Below are positions 1 to 15,000 of a stretch of 64,000 nucleotides of DNA, piece after piece. Positions within the stretch are counted from its first letter, which is position 1, and each line of letters opens with the position of its first letter. A program made the translations under genes and the position numbers. Below the pieces are notes generated by a model that worked only from the letters and a program-made list of their open reading frames with translations, had not been told where the DNA came from and searched no databases. The DNA lies in contig NW_027306096.1 of the NCBI RefSeq assembly GCF_964355755.1, positions 1 through 64,000 of the forward strand, read 5' to 3'. The DNA is from Antedon mediterranea. Lineage: Eukaryota > Animalia > Echinodermata.

Positions 1-3000
1 GCAATTTGATGTTTTTGTGTGAAAAGTTTCATCGAAATGCACAAAATGGTCTAAAACGTCTGCAAATGCAATTTGAAGCTATTTTGTGCACTTTGATGTT
101 TTTTTGTGAAAAGTTTCATCGAAATGCACAAAATTGTCTAAAACGTCTCTAAATGCGATTTGAAGCTATTTTGTGCACTTTGTCGTTTTTGTGTGAAAAT
201 TTCATCGAAATGCTCAAAATGGTCTAAAACGTCTCCAAATGCGATTTGAAGCAATTTTGTGCACTTTGATGTTTTTGTGTGAAAAGTTTCATCCAAATGC
301 ACAAAATGGTCTAAAACGTCTGCAAATGCGATTTGAAGCTATTTTGTGCACTTTGTCGTTTTTGTGTGAAAAGTTTTTTCGAAATGCACAAAATGGTCTA
401 AAACGTCTCCAATTGCGATTTGAAGTTATTTTGTGCACTTTGATGTTTTGTGTGAAAAGTTTTATCGAAATGCTCAAAATGGTCTAAAACGTCTCCAAAT
501 GCGATTTGAAGTTATTTTGTGCACTTTGATGTTTTGTGTGAAAAGTTTTATCGAAATGCTCAAAATTGTCTAAAACGGTTTCAAATGTGATTTTAAGCAC
601 TTTGATATTTTTGTGTAACCAAGTTTCATCGAAATGCACAAAATGGTCTAAAACGTCTGCAAATGCGATTTGAAGCTATTGTGTGATTTTAAGAACTTTG
701 ATATTTTTGTGTAATCAAGTTTCATCGAAATGCACAAAATGATCTAAAGCGTCTTCAAATGCGATTTGAAGCTATTTTGTGCACTTTGATGGTTTTGTGT
801 GAAAAGTTTCATCGAAATGCACAAAATGGTCAAAAACGTCTCCAAATACGATAATAAGCTTTTTTATGCACATTGATGTTTTTGTGTGAAAAGTCTCATC
901 GAAATGCACAAAATGGTCTAAAACGTCTCCAAATGCGATTTGAAGCTATTTTGTGCACTTTGATGTTTTGTGTAATGAAACGCACAAAATTGTCTAAAAC
1001 GTCTCCGAATACGATATTAAGCTATTTTATGCACTTTGATGTTTTTGTGTGAAAAGTTTTTTCGAAATGCACAAAATGGTCTAAAACGTCTCCAAATGCG
1101 ATTTGGAGCTCTTTTGTGCACTTTGATGTTTTGTGTAAAAAGTTTTATAGAAATGCTCGAAATGGTCTAAAAGGGTTTCAAATGTGATTTTAAGCACTTT
1201 AATGTTTTGTGTAAAAAGTTTTATAGAAATGCTCGAAATGGTCTAAAACGTTTTCAAATGTGATTTTAAGCACTTTAATGTTTTGTGTGAAAAGTTTTTT
1301 CGAAATGCACAACATGGTCTAAAACTTCTCCAAATGCGATTTGAAGATATTTTGTGCACTTTGTTGTTTTTTTGTGAACAGTTTCATCGAAACGCACAAA
1401 ATGGTCTAAAACGTCTCCCAATACGATAATAAGCTATTGTATGCACTTTGTTGTTTTTGTGTGAAAAGTTTTTTCGAATTACACAAAATGGTCTAAAACG
1501 TCTCCAAATGCGATTTGGAGCTCTTTTGTGCACTTTGATGTTTTGTGTCAAAAGTATTATAGAAATGCTCGAAATGGTCTAAAACGGTTTCAAATGTGAT
1601 TTTAAGCACTTTCATGTTTTTGTGTAACCAAGTTTCATCGAGATGCACAAAAAAATCTAAAACGTCTCCAAATGCGATTTAAAGCTATTTTGTGCACTTT
1701 AATATTTTGTGTGAAAAGTTTTATCGAAATGCTCAAAATGGTCTAAAACGGTTTCAAATGTGATTTTAAGCACTTTGATGTTTTTGTGTAATCAAGTTTC
1801 ATCGAAATGCACAAAATGGTTTAAAACGTCTGCAAATGCGATTTGAAGCTATTTTGTGCACTTTGATGTTTTGTGTAATACAGTTTCATCGAAATGTCCA
1901 AAATTGTCTAAAACCTCTCAAAATGCGATTTGAAGCTATTTTGTGCACTTTGATTTTTTTGTGTGAAAAGTTTCATCGAAATGCACAAAATTGTCTAAAA
2001 CGTCTCCAAATGCGATTTGGAGCTCTTTTGTGCACTTTGATGTTTTGTGTAAAAAGTTTTATAGAAATGCTCGAAATGGTCTAAAACGTCTTCAAATTTG
2101 ATTTTAAGCACTTTAATGTTTTGTGTGAAAAGTTTTATCGAAATGCTCAAAATTGTCTAAAACGGTTTCAAATGTGATTTTAAGAACTTTGATATTTTTG
2201 TGTAATCAAGTTTTTTCAAAATGCACAACATGGTCTAAAACGTCTCCAAATGCGATTTGAAGCTATTTTGTGCACTTTGTTGTTTTTTGTGAAAAGTTTT
2301 ATCGAAACGCACAAAATTGTCTAAAACGTCTCCAAATACGATATTAAGCTATTGTATGCACTTTGTAGTTTTTGTGTGAAAAGTTTCATCGAAATGCTCA
2401 AAATGGTCTAAAACGTCTCCAAGTGCGATTTGAAGCTATTTTGTGCACTTTGATGTTTTTTTGTGAAAAATTTAATCGAAATGCACAAAATGGTCTAAAA
2501 CGTCTCTAAATGCGATTTGAAGCTATTTTGTGCACATTGATGTTTTTGTGTGAAAAGTTTGATCGAAATGCACAAAATGGTCTAAAACGTCTCCAAATGC
2601 GATTTGAAGCTATTTTGTGCACTTTGATGTTTTGTGTGAAAAGTTTCACCAAAATGCACAAAATGGTCTAAAACGTCTCCAATTCCGTTTTGAAGCTAAT
2701 CTAAGCACTTTGATGTTTTTATGTTAACAAGTTTTTTCGAAATGCAAAAAATGGTCTAAAACGTCTCCAAATACGATTTGAAGCTCTTTTGTGCACTTTG
2801 TGATGTTTTGTGTAAAAAGTTTTATAGAAATGCACAAAATGGTCTAAAACGGTTTCAAATGTGATTTTAAGCACTTTGATATTTTTGTGTTATCAAGTTT
2901 CATCGAAATGCACAAAATGGTCTAAAACGTCTGCAAATGCGATTTGAAGCTATTTTGTGCACTTTGATGGTTTTGTGTGAAAAGTTTCATCGAAATGCAC

Positions 3001-6000
3001 AAAATGGTCAAAAATGTCTCCAAATGATTTTTGAAGCTATTTTGTGCACTTTGTTGTTTTGTGTGAAAAGTTTCATCGATATGCACAAAATGGTCTATAA
3101 CGGTTTCAAATGTGATTTTAAGCACTTTGATATTTTTGTGTAATAAAGTTTTTTCGAAATGCACAAAATGGTCTAAAACGTCTCCAAATGCGATTTGAAG
3201 TTATTTTGTGCACTTTGATGTTTTGTGTGAAAAGTTTTATCGAAATGCTCAAAATGGTCTAAAACGGTTTCAAATGTGATTTTAAGCACTTTGATATTTT
3301 TGTGTAATCAAGTTTCATCTAAATGCACAAAATGGTCTAAAACGTCTGCAAATGCGATTTGAAGCTATTTTGTGATTTTAAGAACTTTGATATTTTTGTG
3401 TAATCAAGTTTCATCGAAATGCACAAAATGGTCTAAAACGTCTCCAAATGCGATTTGAAGCTATTTTGTGCACTTTGTTGTTTTGTGTGAAAAGTTTCAT
3501 CGAAATGCACAAAATGGTCTAAAACGGTTTCAAATGTGATTTTAAGCACTTTGATATTTTTGTGTAATCAAGTTTTTTCGGAAAGCAAAAAATGGTCTAA
3601 AACGTCTCCAAATGCGATTTGAAGTTATTTTGTGCACTTTGAAGTTTTGTGTAATGAAACGCAAGAAATAGTCTAAAACGTCTCCAAATGCGATTTGAAG
3701 CTATTTTGTGCACTTTGTTGTTTTTTGTGAAAAGTTTCATCGAAATGCACAAATTGGTCTAAAACCTCTCCAAATACGATATTAAGCTATTTTGTGCACA
3801 TTGATGTTTTTGTGTGAAAAGTTTCACCAAAATGCACAAAATGGTCTAAAACGTCTCCAAATCCGTTTTGAAGCTAATCTAAGCACTTTGATGTTTTTAT
3901 GTTAAAAAGTTTTTTCGAAATGCACAAAATGGTCTAAAACGTTTCCAAATACGATTTGAAGCTCTTTTGTGCACTTTGATGTTTTGTGTAATAAGTTTTA
4001 TAGAAACGCACAAAATGGTCTAAAACGGTTTCAAATGTGATTTTAAGCACTTATATATTTTTGTTTAACCAAGTTTCATCGAAATGCACAAAATGGTCTA
4101 AAACGTCTCCAAATGCGATTTGAAGCTGTTTTTGTGTAAAAAGTTTTTTCGAAATACACAAAATGGTCTAAAACGTGCACTTTTGTGCACTTTGATGTTT
4201 TGTGTCAAAAGTTTTATAGAAATGCTCGAAATGGTCTAAAACGGTTTCAAATGTGATTTTAAGCACTTTGATGTTTTTGTGTAATCAAGTTTATAGAAAT
4301 GCTCGAAATGGTCTAAAACATCTTCAAATGTGATTTTAAGCACTTTAATGTTTTGTGTGAAAAGTTTTATCGAAATGCTCAAAATGGTTTAAAACGGTTT
4401 CAAATGTGATTTTAAGCACTTTGATATTTTTGTGTAATCAAGTTTTTTCGAAATGCACAACATGGTCTAAAACGTCTCAAAATACGATATTAAGCTATTG
4501 TATGCACTTTGATGTTTTTGTGTGAAAAGTTTTTTCGAAATGCACAAAATGGTCTAAAACGTCTCAAAAGGCGATTTGGAGCTCTTTTGTGCACTTTGAT
4601 GTTTTGTGTAAAAAGTTTTATAGAAATGCTCGAAATGTTCTACAACGGTTTCAAATGTCATTTTAAGCACTTTGATATTTTTGTTTAACCAAGGTTCATC
4701 AAAATGCACAAAAAGGTCTAAAACGTCTGCAAATGCGATTTGAAGCTATTTTGTGCACTTTGATGTTTTGTGTAATCCAGTTTCATCGAAATGAACAAAA
4801 TTGTCTAAAACCTCAAAAATGCGATTTCAAGCTATTTTGTGCACTTTGATGATTTTGTGTGAAAAGTTTTTTCGAAATGCACAAAATGGTCTAAAACGTC
4901 TCCAAATGCGATTTGGAGCTCTTTTGTGCACTTTGATGTTTTGTGTAAAAAGTTTTATAGAAATGCTCGAATTGGTCTAAAACGTTTTCAAATGTGATTT
5001 TAAGCACTTTAATGTTTTGTGTGAAAAGTTTTATCGAAATGCTCAAAATGGTCTAAAACGGTTTCAAATGTGATTTTAAGCACTTTGATATTTTTGTGTA
5101 ATCAAGTTTTTTTCGAAATACACAACATGGTCTAAAACGTCTCCAAATGCGATTTGAAGCTATTTTGTGCACTTTGATGTTTTGTGTAATGAAACGCACA
5201 AAATGGTCTGAAACGTCTCCAAATGCGATTTGAAGTTATTCTGTGCACTTTGATGTTTTGTGTGAAAAGTTTTATCGAAATGCTCAAAATGGTCTAAAAC
5301 GATTTCAAATGTGATTTTAAGCACTTTGATATTTTTGTGTAATCAAGTTTTTTCGAAATGCACAACATGGTCTAAAACGTCTCCAAATGCGATTTGAAGC
5401 TATTTTGTGCACTTTGATGGTTTTGTGTAAAAAGTTTCATCGAAATGCACAAAATGGTAAAAAACGTCTCCAAATGCGATTTGAAGCTATTTTGTGCACT
5501 TTGTTGTTTTGTGTGAAAAGTTTCATCGAAATGCACAAAATGGTCTAAAACAGTTTCAAATGTGATTTTAAGCACTTTGATATTTTTGTGTAATCAAGTT
5601 TTTTCGGAATCCACAAAATGGTCTAAAACGTCTCCAAATGCGATTTGAAGTTATTTTGTGCACTTTGAAGTTTTGTGTAATCCAGTTTCATCGAAATGTA
5701 CAAAATTGTCTAAAACCTCTCAAAATGCGATTTGAAGCTATTTTGTGCACTTTGATTTTTTTGTGTGAAAAGTTTCATCGAAATACACAAAATTGTCTAA
5801 AACGTCTCCAAATGCGATTTGGAGCTCTTTTGTGCACTTTGATGTTTTGTGTAAAAAGTTTTATAGAAATGCTCGAAATGGTCTAAAACGTCTTCAAATG
5901 TGATTTTAAGCACTTTAATGTTTTGTGTGAAAAGTTTTATCGAAATGCTCAAAATTGTCTAAAACGGTTTCAAATGTGATTTTAAGAACTTTGATATTTT

Positions 6001-9000
6001 TGTGTAATCAAGTTTTTTCAAAATGCACAACATGGTCTAAAACGTCTCCAAATGCGATTTGAAGCTATTTTGTGCACTATGTTGTTTTTTGTGAAAAGTT
6101 TCATCGAAACGCACAAAATTGTTTAAAACGTCTCCAAATACGATATTAAGCTATTGTATGCACTTTGTTGTTTTTGTGTGAAAAGTTTTATCGAAATGCT
6201 CAAAATGGTCTAAAACGGTTTCAAATGTGATTTTAAGCACTTTGATGTTTTTGTGTAATCAAGTTTCATCGAAATGCACAAAATGGTCTAAAACATCTCC
6301 AAGTGCGATTTGAAGCTATTTTGTGCACTTTGATGTTTTTTTGTGAAAAGTTTAATCGAAATGCACAAAATGGTCTAAAACGTCTCTAAATGCGATTTGA
6401 AGCTATTTTGTGCACATTGATGTTTTTGTGTGAAAAGTTTGATCGAAATGCACAAAATGGTCTAAAACGTCTCCAAATTCGATTTGAAGCTATTTTGTGC
6501 ACTTTGATGTTTTGTGTGAAAAGTTTCACCAAAATGCACAAAATGGTCTAAAACGTCTCCAAATCCGTTTTGAAGCTAATCTAAGCACTTTGATGCTTTT
6601 ATGTTAACAAGTTTTTTCGAAATGCACAAAATGGTCTAAAACGTCTCCAAATACGATTTGAAGCTCTTTTGTGCACTTTGTGATGTTTTGTGTAAAAAGT
6701 TTTATAGAAATGCACAAAATGGTCTAAAACGGTTTCAAATGTGATTTTAAGCAGTTTGATATTTTTGTGTTATCAAGTTTCATCGAAATGCACAAAATGG
6801 TCTAAAACGTCTGCAAATGCGATTTGAAGCTATTTTGTGCACTTTGATGGTTTTTTGTGAAAAGTTTCATCGAAATGCACAAAATGGTCAAAAATGTCTC
6901 CAATTGATATTTGAAGCTATTTTGTGCACTTTGTTGTTTTGTCTGAAAAGTTTCATCGATATGCACAAAATGGTCTATAACGGTTTCAAATGTGATTTTA
7001 AGCACTTTGATATTTTTGTGTAATAAAGTTTTTTCGAAATGCACAAAATGGTCTAAAACGTCTCCAAATGCGATTTGAAGTTATTTTGTGCACTTTGATG
7101 TTTTGTGTGAAAAGTTTTATCGAAATGCTCAAAATGGTCTAAAACGGTTTCAAATGTGATTTTAAGCACTTTGATATTTTTGTTTAATCAAGTTTCATCT
7201 AAATGCACAAAATGGTCTAAAACGTCTGCAAATGCGATTTGAAGCTATTTTGTGATTTTAAGAACTTTGATATTTTTGTGTAATCAAGTTTCATCGAAAT
7301 GCACAAAATGGTCTAAAACGTCTCCAAATGCGATTTGAAGCTATTTTGTGCACTTTGTTGTTTTGTGTGAAAAGTTTCATCGAAATGCACAAAATGGTCT
7401 AAAACGGTTTCAAATGTGATTTTAAGCACTTTGATATTTTTGTGTAATCAAGTTTTTTCGGAAAGCAAAAAATGGTCTTAAACGTCTCCAAATGCGATTT
7501 GAAGTTATTTTGTGCACTTTGAAGTTTTGTGTAATGAAACGCACAAAATGGTCTAAAACGTCTCCAAATGCGATTTGAAGCTATTTTGTGCACTTTGTTG
7601 TTTTTTGTGAAAAGTTTCATCGAAATGCACAAATTGGTCAAAAACCTCTCCAAATACGATATTAAGCTATTTTGTGCACATTGATGTTTTTGTGTGAAAA
7701 GTTTCACCAAAATGCACAAAATGGTCTAAAACGTCTCCAAATCCGTTTTGAAGCTAATCTAAGCACTTTGATGTTTTTATGTTAAAAAGTTTTTTCGAAA
7801 TGCACAAAATGGTCTAAAACGTTTCCAAATACGATTTGAAGCTCTTTTGTGTACTTTGATATTTTGTGTAATAAGTTTTATAGAAACGCACAAAATGGTC
7901 TAAAACGGTTTCAAATGTGATTTTAAGCACTTATATATTTTTGTTTAACCAAGTTTCATCGAAATGCACAAAATGGTCTAAAACGTCTCCAAATGCGATT
8001 TGAAGCTGTTTTTGTGTGAAAAGTTTTTTCGAAATACACAAAATGGTCTAAAACGTGCACTTTTGTGCACTTTGATGTTTTGTGTCAAAAGTTTTATAGA
8101 AATGCTCGAAATGGTCTAAAACGGTTTCAAATGTGATTTTAAGCACTTTGATGTTTTTGTGTAATCAAGTTTATAGAAATGCTCGAAATGGTCTAAAACA
8201 TCTTCAAATGTGATTTTAAGCACTTTAATGTTTTGTGTGAAAAGTTTTATCGAAATGCTCAAAATGGTTTAAAACGGTTTCAAATGTGATTTTAAGCACT
8301 TTGATATTTTTGTGTAATCAAGTTTTTTCGAAATGCACAACATGGTCTAAAACGTCTAAAAATACGATATTAAGCTATTGTATGCACTTTGATGTTTTTC
8401 TGTGAAAAGTTTTTTCGAAATGCACAAAATGGTCTAAAACGTCTCAAAAAGCGATTTGGAGCTCTTTTGTGCACTTTGATGTTTTGTGTAAAAAGTTTTA
8501 TAGAAATGCTCGAAATGTTCTACAACGATTTCAAATGTGATTTTAAGCACTTTGATATTTTTGTTTAACCAAGGTTCATCGAAATGCACAAAATGGTCTA
8601 AAACGTCTGCAAATGCGATTTGAATCTATTTTGTGCACTTTGATGTTTTGTGTAATCCAGTTTCATCGAAATGAACAAAATTGTCTAAAACCTCAAAAAT
8701 GCGATTTCAAGCTATTTTGTGCACTTTGATGATTTTGTGTGAAAAGTTTTTTCGAAATGCACAAAATGGTCTAAAACGTCTCCAAATGCGATTTGGAGCT
8801 CTTTTGTGCACTTTGATGTTTTGTGTAAAAAGTTTTATAGAAATGCTCGAAATGGTCTAAAACGTTTTCAAACGTGATTTTAAGCACTTTAATGTTTTGT
8901 GTGAAAAGTTTTATCGAAATGCTCAAAATGGTCTAAAACGGTTTCAAATGTGATTTTAAGCATTTTGATATTTTTGTGTAATCAAGTTTTTTTCGAAATG

Positions 9001-12000
9001 CACAACATGGTCTAAAACGTCTCCAAATGCGATTTGAAGCTATTTTGTGCACTTTGATGTTTTGTGTAATGAAACGCACAAAATGGTCTAAAACGTCTCC
9101 AAATGCGATTTGAAGTTATTTTGTGCACTTTGATGTTTTGTGTGAAAAGTTTTATCGAAATGCTCAAAATGGTCTAAAACGGTTTCAAATGTGATTTTAA
9201 GCACTTTGATATTTTTGTGTAATCAAGTTTTTTCGAAATGCACAACATGGTCTAAAACGTCTCCAAATGCGATTTGAAGCTATTTTGTGCACTTTGATGG
9301 TTTTGTGTAAAAAGTTTCATCGAAATGCACAAAATGGTCAAAAACGTCCCCAAATGCGATTTGAAGCTATTTTGTGCACTTTGTTGTTTTGTGTGAAAAG
9401 TTTCATCGAAATGCACAAAATGGTCTAAAACAGTTTCAAATGTGATTTTAAGCACTTTGATATTTTTGTGTAATCAAGTTTTTTCGGAATCCACAAAATG
9501 GTCTAAAACGTCTCCAAATGCGATTTGAAGGTATTTTGTGCACTTTGAAGTTTTGTGTAATGAAACGCACAAAATGGTCTAAAACGTCTCCAAATGCGAT
9601 TTGAAGCTATTTGTGCACTTTGTTGTTTTGTGTGAAAAGTTTCATCGAAATGCACAAATTGGTCTAAAACGTCTCCAAATACGATATTAAGCTATTGTAT
9701 GCACTTTGTTGTTTTTGTGTGAAAAGTTTTTTCGAATTACACAAAATTGTCTAAAACGGCTCCAAATGCGATTTGGAGCTCTTTTGTGCACTTTGATGTT
9801 TTGTGTCAAAAGTTTTATAGAAATGCTCGAAATCGTCTAAAACGGTTTCAAATGTGATTTTAAGCACTTTCATGTTTTTGTGTAGCCAAGTTTCATCGAA
9901 ATGCACAAAAAAATCTAAAACGTCTCCAAATGCGATTTAAAGCTATTTTGTGCACTTTAATGTTTTGTGTGAAAAGTTTTATCGAAATTCTCAAAATGGT
10001 CTAAAACGGTTTCAAATGTGATTTTAAGTACTTTGATGTTTTTGTGTAATCAAGTTTCATCGAAATGCACAAAATGGTTTAAAACGTCTGCAAATGCGAT
10101 TTGAAGCTATTTTGTGCACTTTGATGTTTTGTGTAATCCAGTTTCATCGAAATGTACAAAATTGTCTAAAACCTCTAAAAATGCGATTTGAAGCTATTTT
10201 GTGCACTTTGATGTTTTTGTGTGAAAAGTTTCATCGAAATGCACAAAATTGTCTAAAACGTCTCCAAATACGATATTAAGCTATTGTATGCACTTTGATG
10301 TTTTTGAGTGAAAAGTTTTTTCGAAATGCACAAAATGGTCTAAAACGTCTCCAAATGCGATTTGGAGCTCTTTTGTGCACTTTGATGTTTTGTGTAAAAA
10401 GTTTGCTATTTTGTGCACTTTAATGTTTTGTGTGAAAAGTTTTATCGAAATGCTCAAAATTGTCTAAAACGGTTTCAAATGTGATTTTAAGCACTTTGAT
10501 ATTTTTGTGTAATCAAGTTTTTTCGAAATGCACAACATGATCTAAAACGTCTCCAAATGCGATTTGAAGCTATTTTGTGCACTTTGATGTTTTTGTGTGA
10601 AAAGTTTCATCGAAATGCACAAAATGGTCTAAAACGTCTCTAAATGCGATTTGAAGCTATTTTGTGCACTTTGTCGTTTTTGTGTGAAAAGTTTCATCGA
10701 AATGCTCAAAATGGTCTAAAACGTCTCCAAATGCGATTTGAAGCTATTTTGTGCACTTTGATGTTTTTTTGTGAAAAGTTTCATCGAAATGCACAAAATG
10801 GTCTAAAACGTCTCTAAATGCGATTTGAAGCTATTTTGTGCACTTTGATGTTTTTGTGTGAAAAGTTTCATCGAAATGCACAAAATGGTCTAAAACGTCT
10901 CTAAATGCGATTTGAAGCTATTTTGTGCACTTTGATGTTTTTTTGTGAAAAGTTTCATCGAAATGCACAAAATGGTCTAAAACGTCTCTAAATGCGATTT
11001 GAAGCTATTTTGTGCACTTTGTCGTTTTTGTGTGAAATGTTTCATCGAAATGCTCAAAATGGTCTAAAACGTCTCCAAATGCGATTTGAAGCTATTTTGT
11101 GCACTTTGATGTTTTTGTGTGAAAAGTTTCATCGAAATGCACAAAATGGTCTAAAACGGTTTCAAATGTGATTTTAAGCACTTTGATATTTTTGTGTAAT
11201 CAAGTTTTTTCGAAATGCACAAAATGGTCTAAAACGTCTCCAAATGCGATTTAAAGCTATTTTGTGCACTTTAATGTTTTGTGTGAAAAGTTTTATCGAA
11301 ATTCTCAAAATGGTCTAAAACGGTTTCAAATGTGATTTTAAGCACTTTGATGTTTTTGTGTAATCAAGTTTCATCGAATTCATCAAATTCGATTTGAAGC
11401 TATTTTGTGCACTTTGATGTTTTGTGTAATCCAGTTTCATCGAAATGTAAAAAATTGTCTAAAACGTCTCTAAATGCGATTTGAAGCTATTTTGTGGACT
11501 TTGTCGTTTTTGTGTGAAAAGTTTCATCGAAATGCTCAAAATGATCTAAAACGTCTCCAAATGCGATTTGAAGCTATTTTGTGCACTTTGATGTTTTTGT
11601 GTGAAAAGTTTCATCGAAATGCACAAAATGGTCTAAAACGGTTTCAAATGTGATTTTAAGCACTTTGATATTTTTGTGTAATCAAGTTTTTTCGAAATGC
11701 ACAAAATGGTCTAAAACGTCTCCAAATGCGATTTGAAGTTATTTTGTGCACTTTGATGTTTTGTGTGAAAAGTTTCATCGAAATGCTCAAAATGGTCTAA
11801 AACGGTTTCAAATGTGATTTTAAGAACTTTGATATTTTTGTGTAATCAAGTTTCATCGAAATGCACAAAATGGTCTAAAACGTCTGCAAATGCGATTTGA
11901 AGCTATTTTGTGCACTTTGATGGTTTGTGTGAAAAGTTTCATCGAAATGCACAAAATGGTCAAAAATGTCTCCAAATGCGATTTGAAGCTATTTTGTGGA

Positions 12001-15000
12001 CTTTGTGGTTTTGTGTGAAAAGTTTTATCGAAATGCACAAAATAGTCTAAAACGGTTTCAAATGTGATTTTAAGCACTTTGATATTTTTGTTTAACCAAG
12101 TTTCATCGAAATGCACAAAATGGTCTAAAACGTCTCCAAATGCGATTTGAAGTTATTTTGTGCACTTTGATGTTTTGTGTGAAAAGTTTTATCGAAATGC
12201 TCAAAATGGTCTAAAACGGTTTCAAATGTGATTTTAAGCGCTTTGATATTTTTGTGTAATCAAGTTTTTTTGAAATGCACAACATGTTCTAAAACGTCTC
12301 CAAATGCGATTTGAAGCTATATTGTGCACTTTGATGTTTTGTGTAATGAAACGCACAAAATGGTCTAAAACGCCTGTTTTCTGTGAAAATTTTCATCGAA
12401 ATGCAAAAAATTGTCTAAAACGTCTCCAAATGCGATTTGAAGCTATTTTGTGCACTTTGTTGTTTTGTGTGAAAAGTTTCATCGAAAAGCACAAAATTGT
12501 CTAAAACGTCTCCAAATACGATTTGAAGCTATTTTGTGCACTTTGATGTTTTTGTGTGAAAAGTTTTTTCGAAATACACAAAATGGTCTAAAACGTCTCC
12601 AAATGCGATTTGAAGCTATTTTGTGCACTTTGATGTTTTTTTCTGAAAAGTTTCATCGAAATGCACAAAATGGTCCAAAACGTCTCCAAATGCGATTTAA
12701 AGCTATTTTGTGCACTTTAATGTTTTGTGTGAAAAGTTTTATCGAAATTCTCAAAATGGTCTAAAACGGTTTCAAATGTGATTTTAAGCACTTTGATGTT
12801 TTTGTGTAATCAAGTTTCATCAAAATGCACAAAATGGTTTAAAACGTCTGCAAATGCGATTTGAACCTATTTTGTGCACTTTGATGTTTTGTGTAATCCA
12901 GTTTCATCGAAATGTACAAAATTGTCTAAAACCTCTCAAAATGCGATTTGAAGCTATTTTGTGCACTTTGATGTTTTTGTGTGAAAAGTTTCATCGAAAT
13001 TCACAAAATTGTCTAAAACGTCTCCAAATACGATATTAAGCTATTGTATGCACTTTGATGTTTTTGAGTGAAAAGTTTTTTCGAAATGCACAAAATGGTC
13101 TAAAACGTCTCCAAATGCGATTTGGAGCTCTTTTGTGCACTTTGATGTTTTGTGTAAAAAGTTTGCTATTTTGTGCACTTTAATGTTTTGTGTAAAAAGT
13201 TTTATCGAAATGCTAAAAATTGTCTAAAACGGTTTCAAATGTGATTTTAAGCACTTTGATATTTTTGTGTAATCAAGTTTTTTCGAAATGCACAACATGG
13301 TCTAAAACGTCTCCAAATGCGATTTGAAGCTATTTTGTGCACTTTGATGGTTTTGTGTAAAAAGTTTCATCGAAATTCACAAAATGGTCAAAAACGTCTC
13401 CAAATGCGATTTGAAACTATTTTGTGCACTTTGTTGTTTTGTGTGAAAAGTTTCATCGAAATGCACAAAATGGTCTAAAACGGTTTCAAATGTGATTTTA
13501 AGCACTTTGATATTTTTGTGTAATCAAGTTTTTTTCGAAATCCACAAAATGGTCTAAAACGTCTCCAAATGCGATTTGAAGTTATTTTGTGCACTTTGAA
13601 GTTTTGTGTAATGAAACGCACAAAATGGTCTAAAACGTCTCCAAATGCGATTTGAAGCTATTTTGTGCACTTTGTTGTTTTGTGTGAAAAGTTTCATCGA
13701 AATGCACAAATTGGTCTAAAACGTCTCCAAATACGATATTAAGCTATTGTATGCACTTTGTTGTTTTTGTGTGAAAATTTTTTTCGAATTACACAAAATG
13801 GTCTAAAACGTCTCCAAATGCGATTTGGAGCTCTTTTGTGCACTTTGATGTTTTGTGTCAAAAGTTTTATAGAAATGCTCGAAATGGTCTAAAACGGTTT
13901 CAAATGTGATTTTAAGCACTTTGATGTTTTTGTGTAACCAAGTTTCATCGAAATGCACAAAAAAATCTAAAACGTCTCCAAATGCGATTTAGAGCTATTT
14001 TGTGCACTTTAATGTTTTGTGTGAAAAGTGTTATCGAAATGCACAAAATGGTCTAAAACGGTTTCAAATGTGATTTGAAGCTATTTTGTGCACTTTGTGG
14101 TTTTGTGTGAAAGTTTTATCGAAATGCACAAAATAGTCTAAAACGGTTTCAAATGTGATTTTAAGCACTTTGATATTTTTGTGTAATCAAGTTTCATCGA
14201 AATGCACAAAATGGTCTAAAACGTCTGCAAATGCGATTTGAAGCTATTTTGTGATTTTAAGAACTTTGATATTTTTGTGTAATCAAGTTTCATCGAAATG
14301 CACAAAATGGTCTAAAACGTCTGCAAATGCGATTTGAAGCTATTTGTGCACTTTGATGGTTTTGTGTAAAAAGTTTCATCGAAATGCACAAAATGGTCAA
14401 AAACGTCTCCAAATGCGATTTGAAGCTATTCTGTGCACTTTGTTGTTTTGTGGGAAAAGTTTCATCGAAATGCACAAAATGGTCTAAAACGGTTTCAAAT
14501 GTGATTTTAAGCACTTTGATATTTTTGTGTAATCAAGTTTTTTCAAAATGCACAACATGGTCTAAAACGTCTCCAAATGCGATTTGAAGCTATTTTGTGC
14601 ACTTTGTAGTTTTTTGTGAAAAGTTTCATCGAAACGCACAAAATTGTCTAAAACGTCTCCAAATACGATATTAAGCTATTGTATGCACTTTGTTGTTTTT
14701 GTGTGAAAAGTTTCATCGAAATGCTCAAAATGGTCTAAAACGTCTCCAAGTGCGATTTGAAGCTATTTTGTGCACTTTGATGTTTTTTTTGTGAAAAGTT
14801 TAATCGAAATGCACAAAATGGTCTAAAACGTCTCTAAATGCGATTTGAAGCTATTTTGTGCACATTGATGTTTTTGTGTGAAAAGTTTGATCGAAATGCA
14901 CTATTTTGTGCACATTGATGTTTTTGTGTGAAAAGTTTGATCGAAATGCACAAAATGGTCTAAAACGTCTCCAAATGCGATTTGAAGCTATTTTGTGCAC

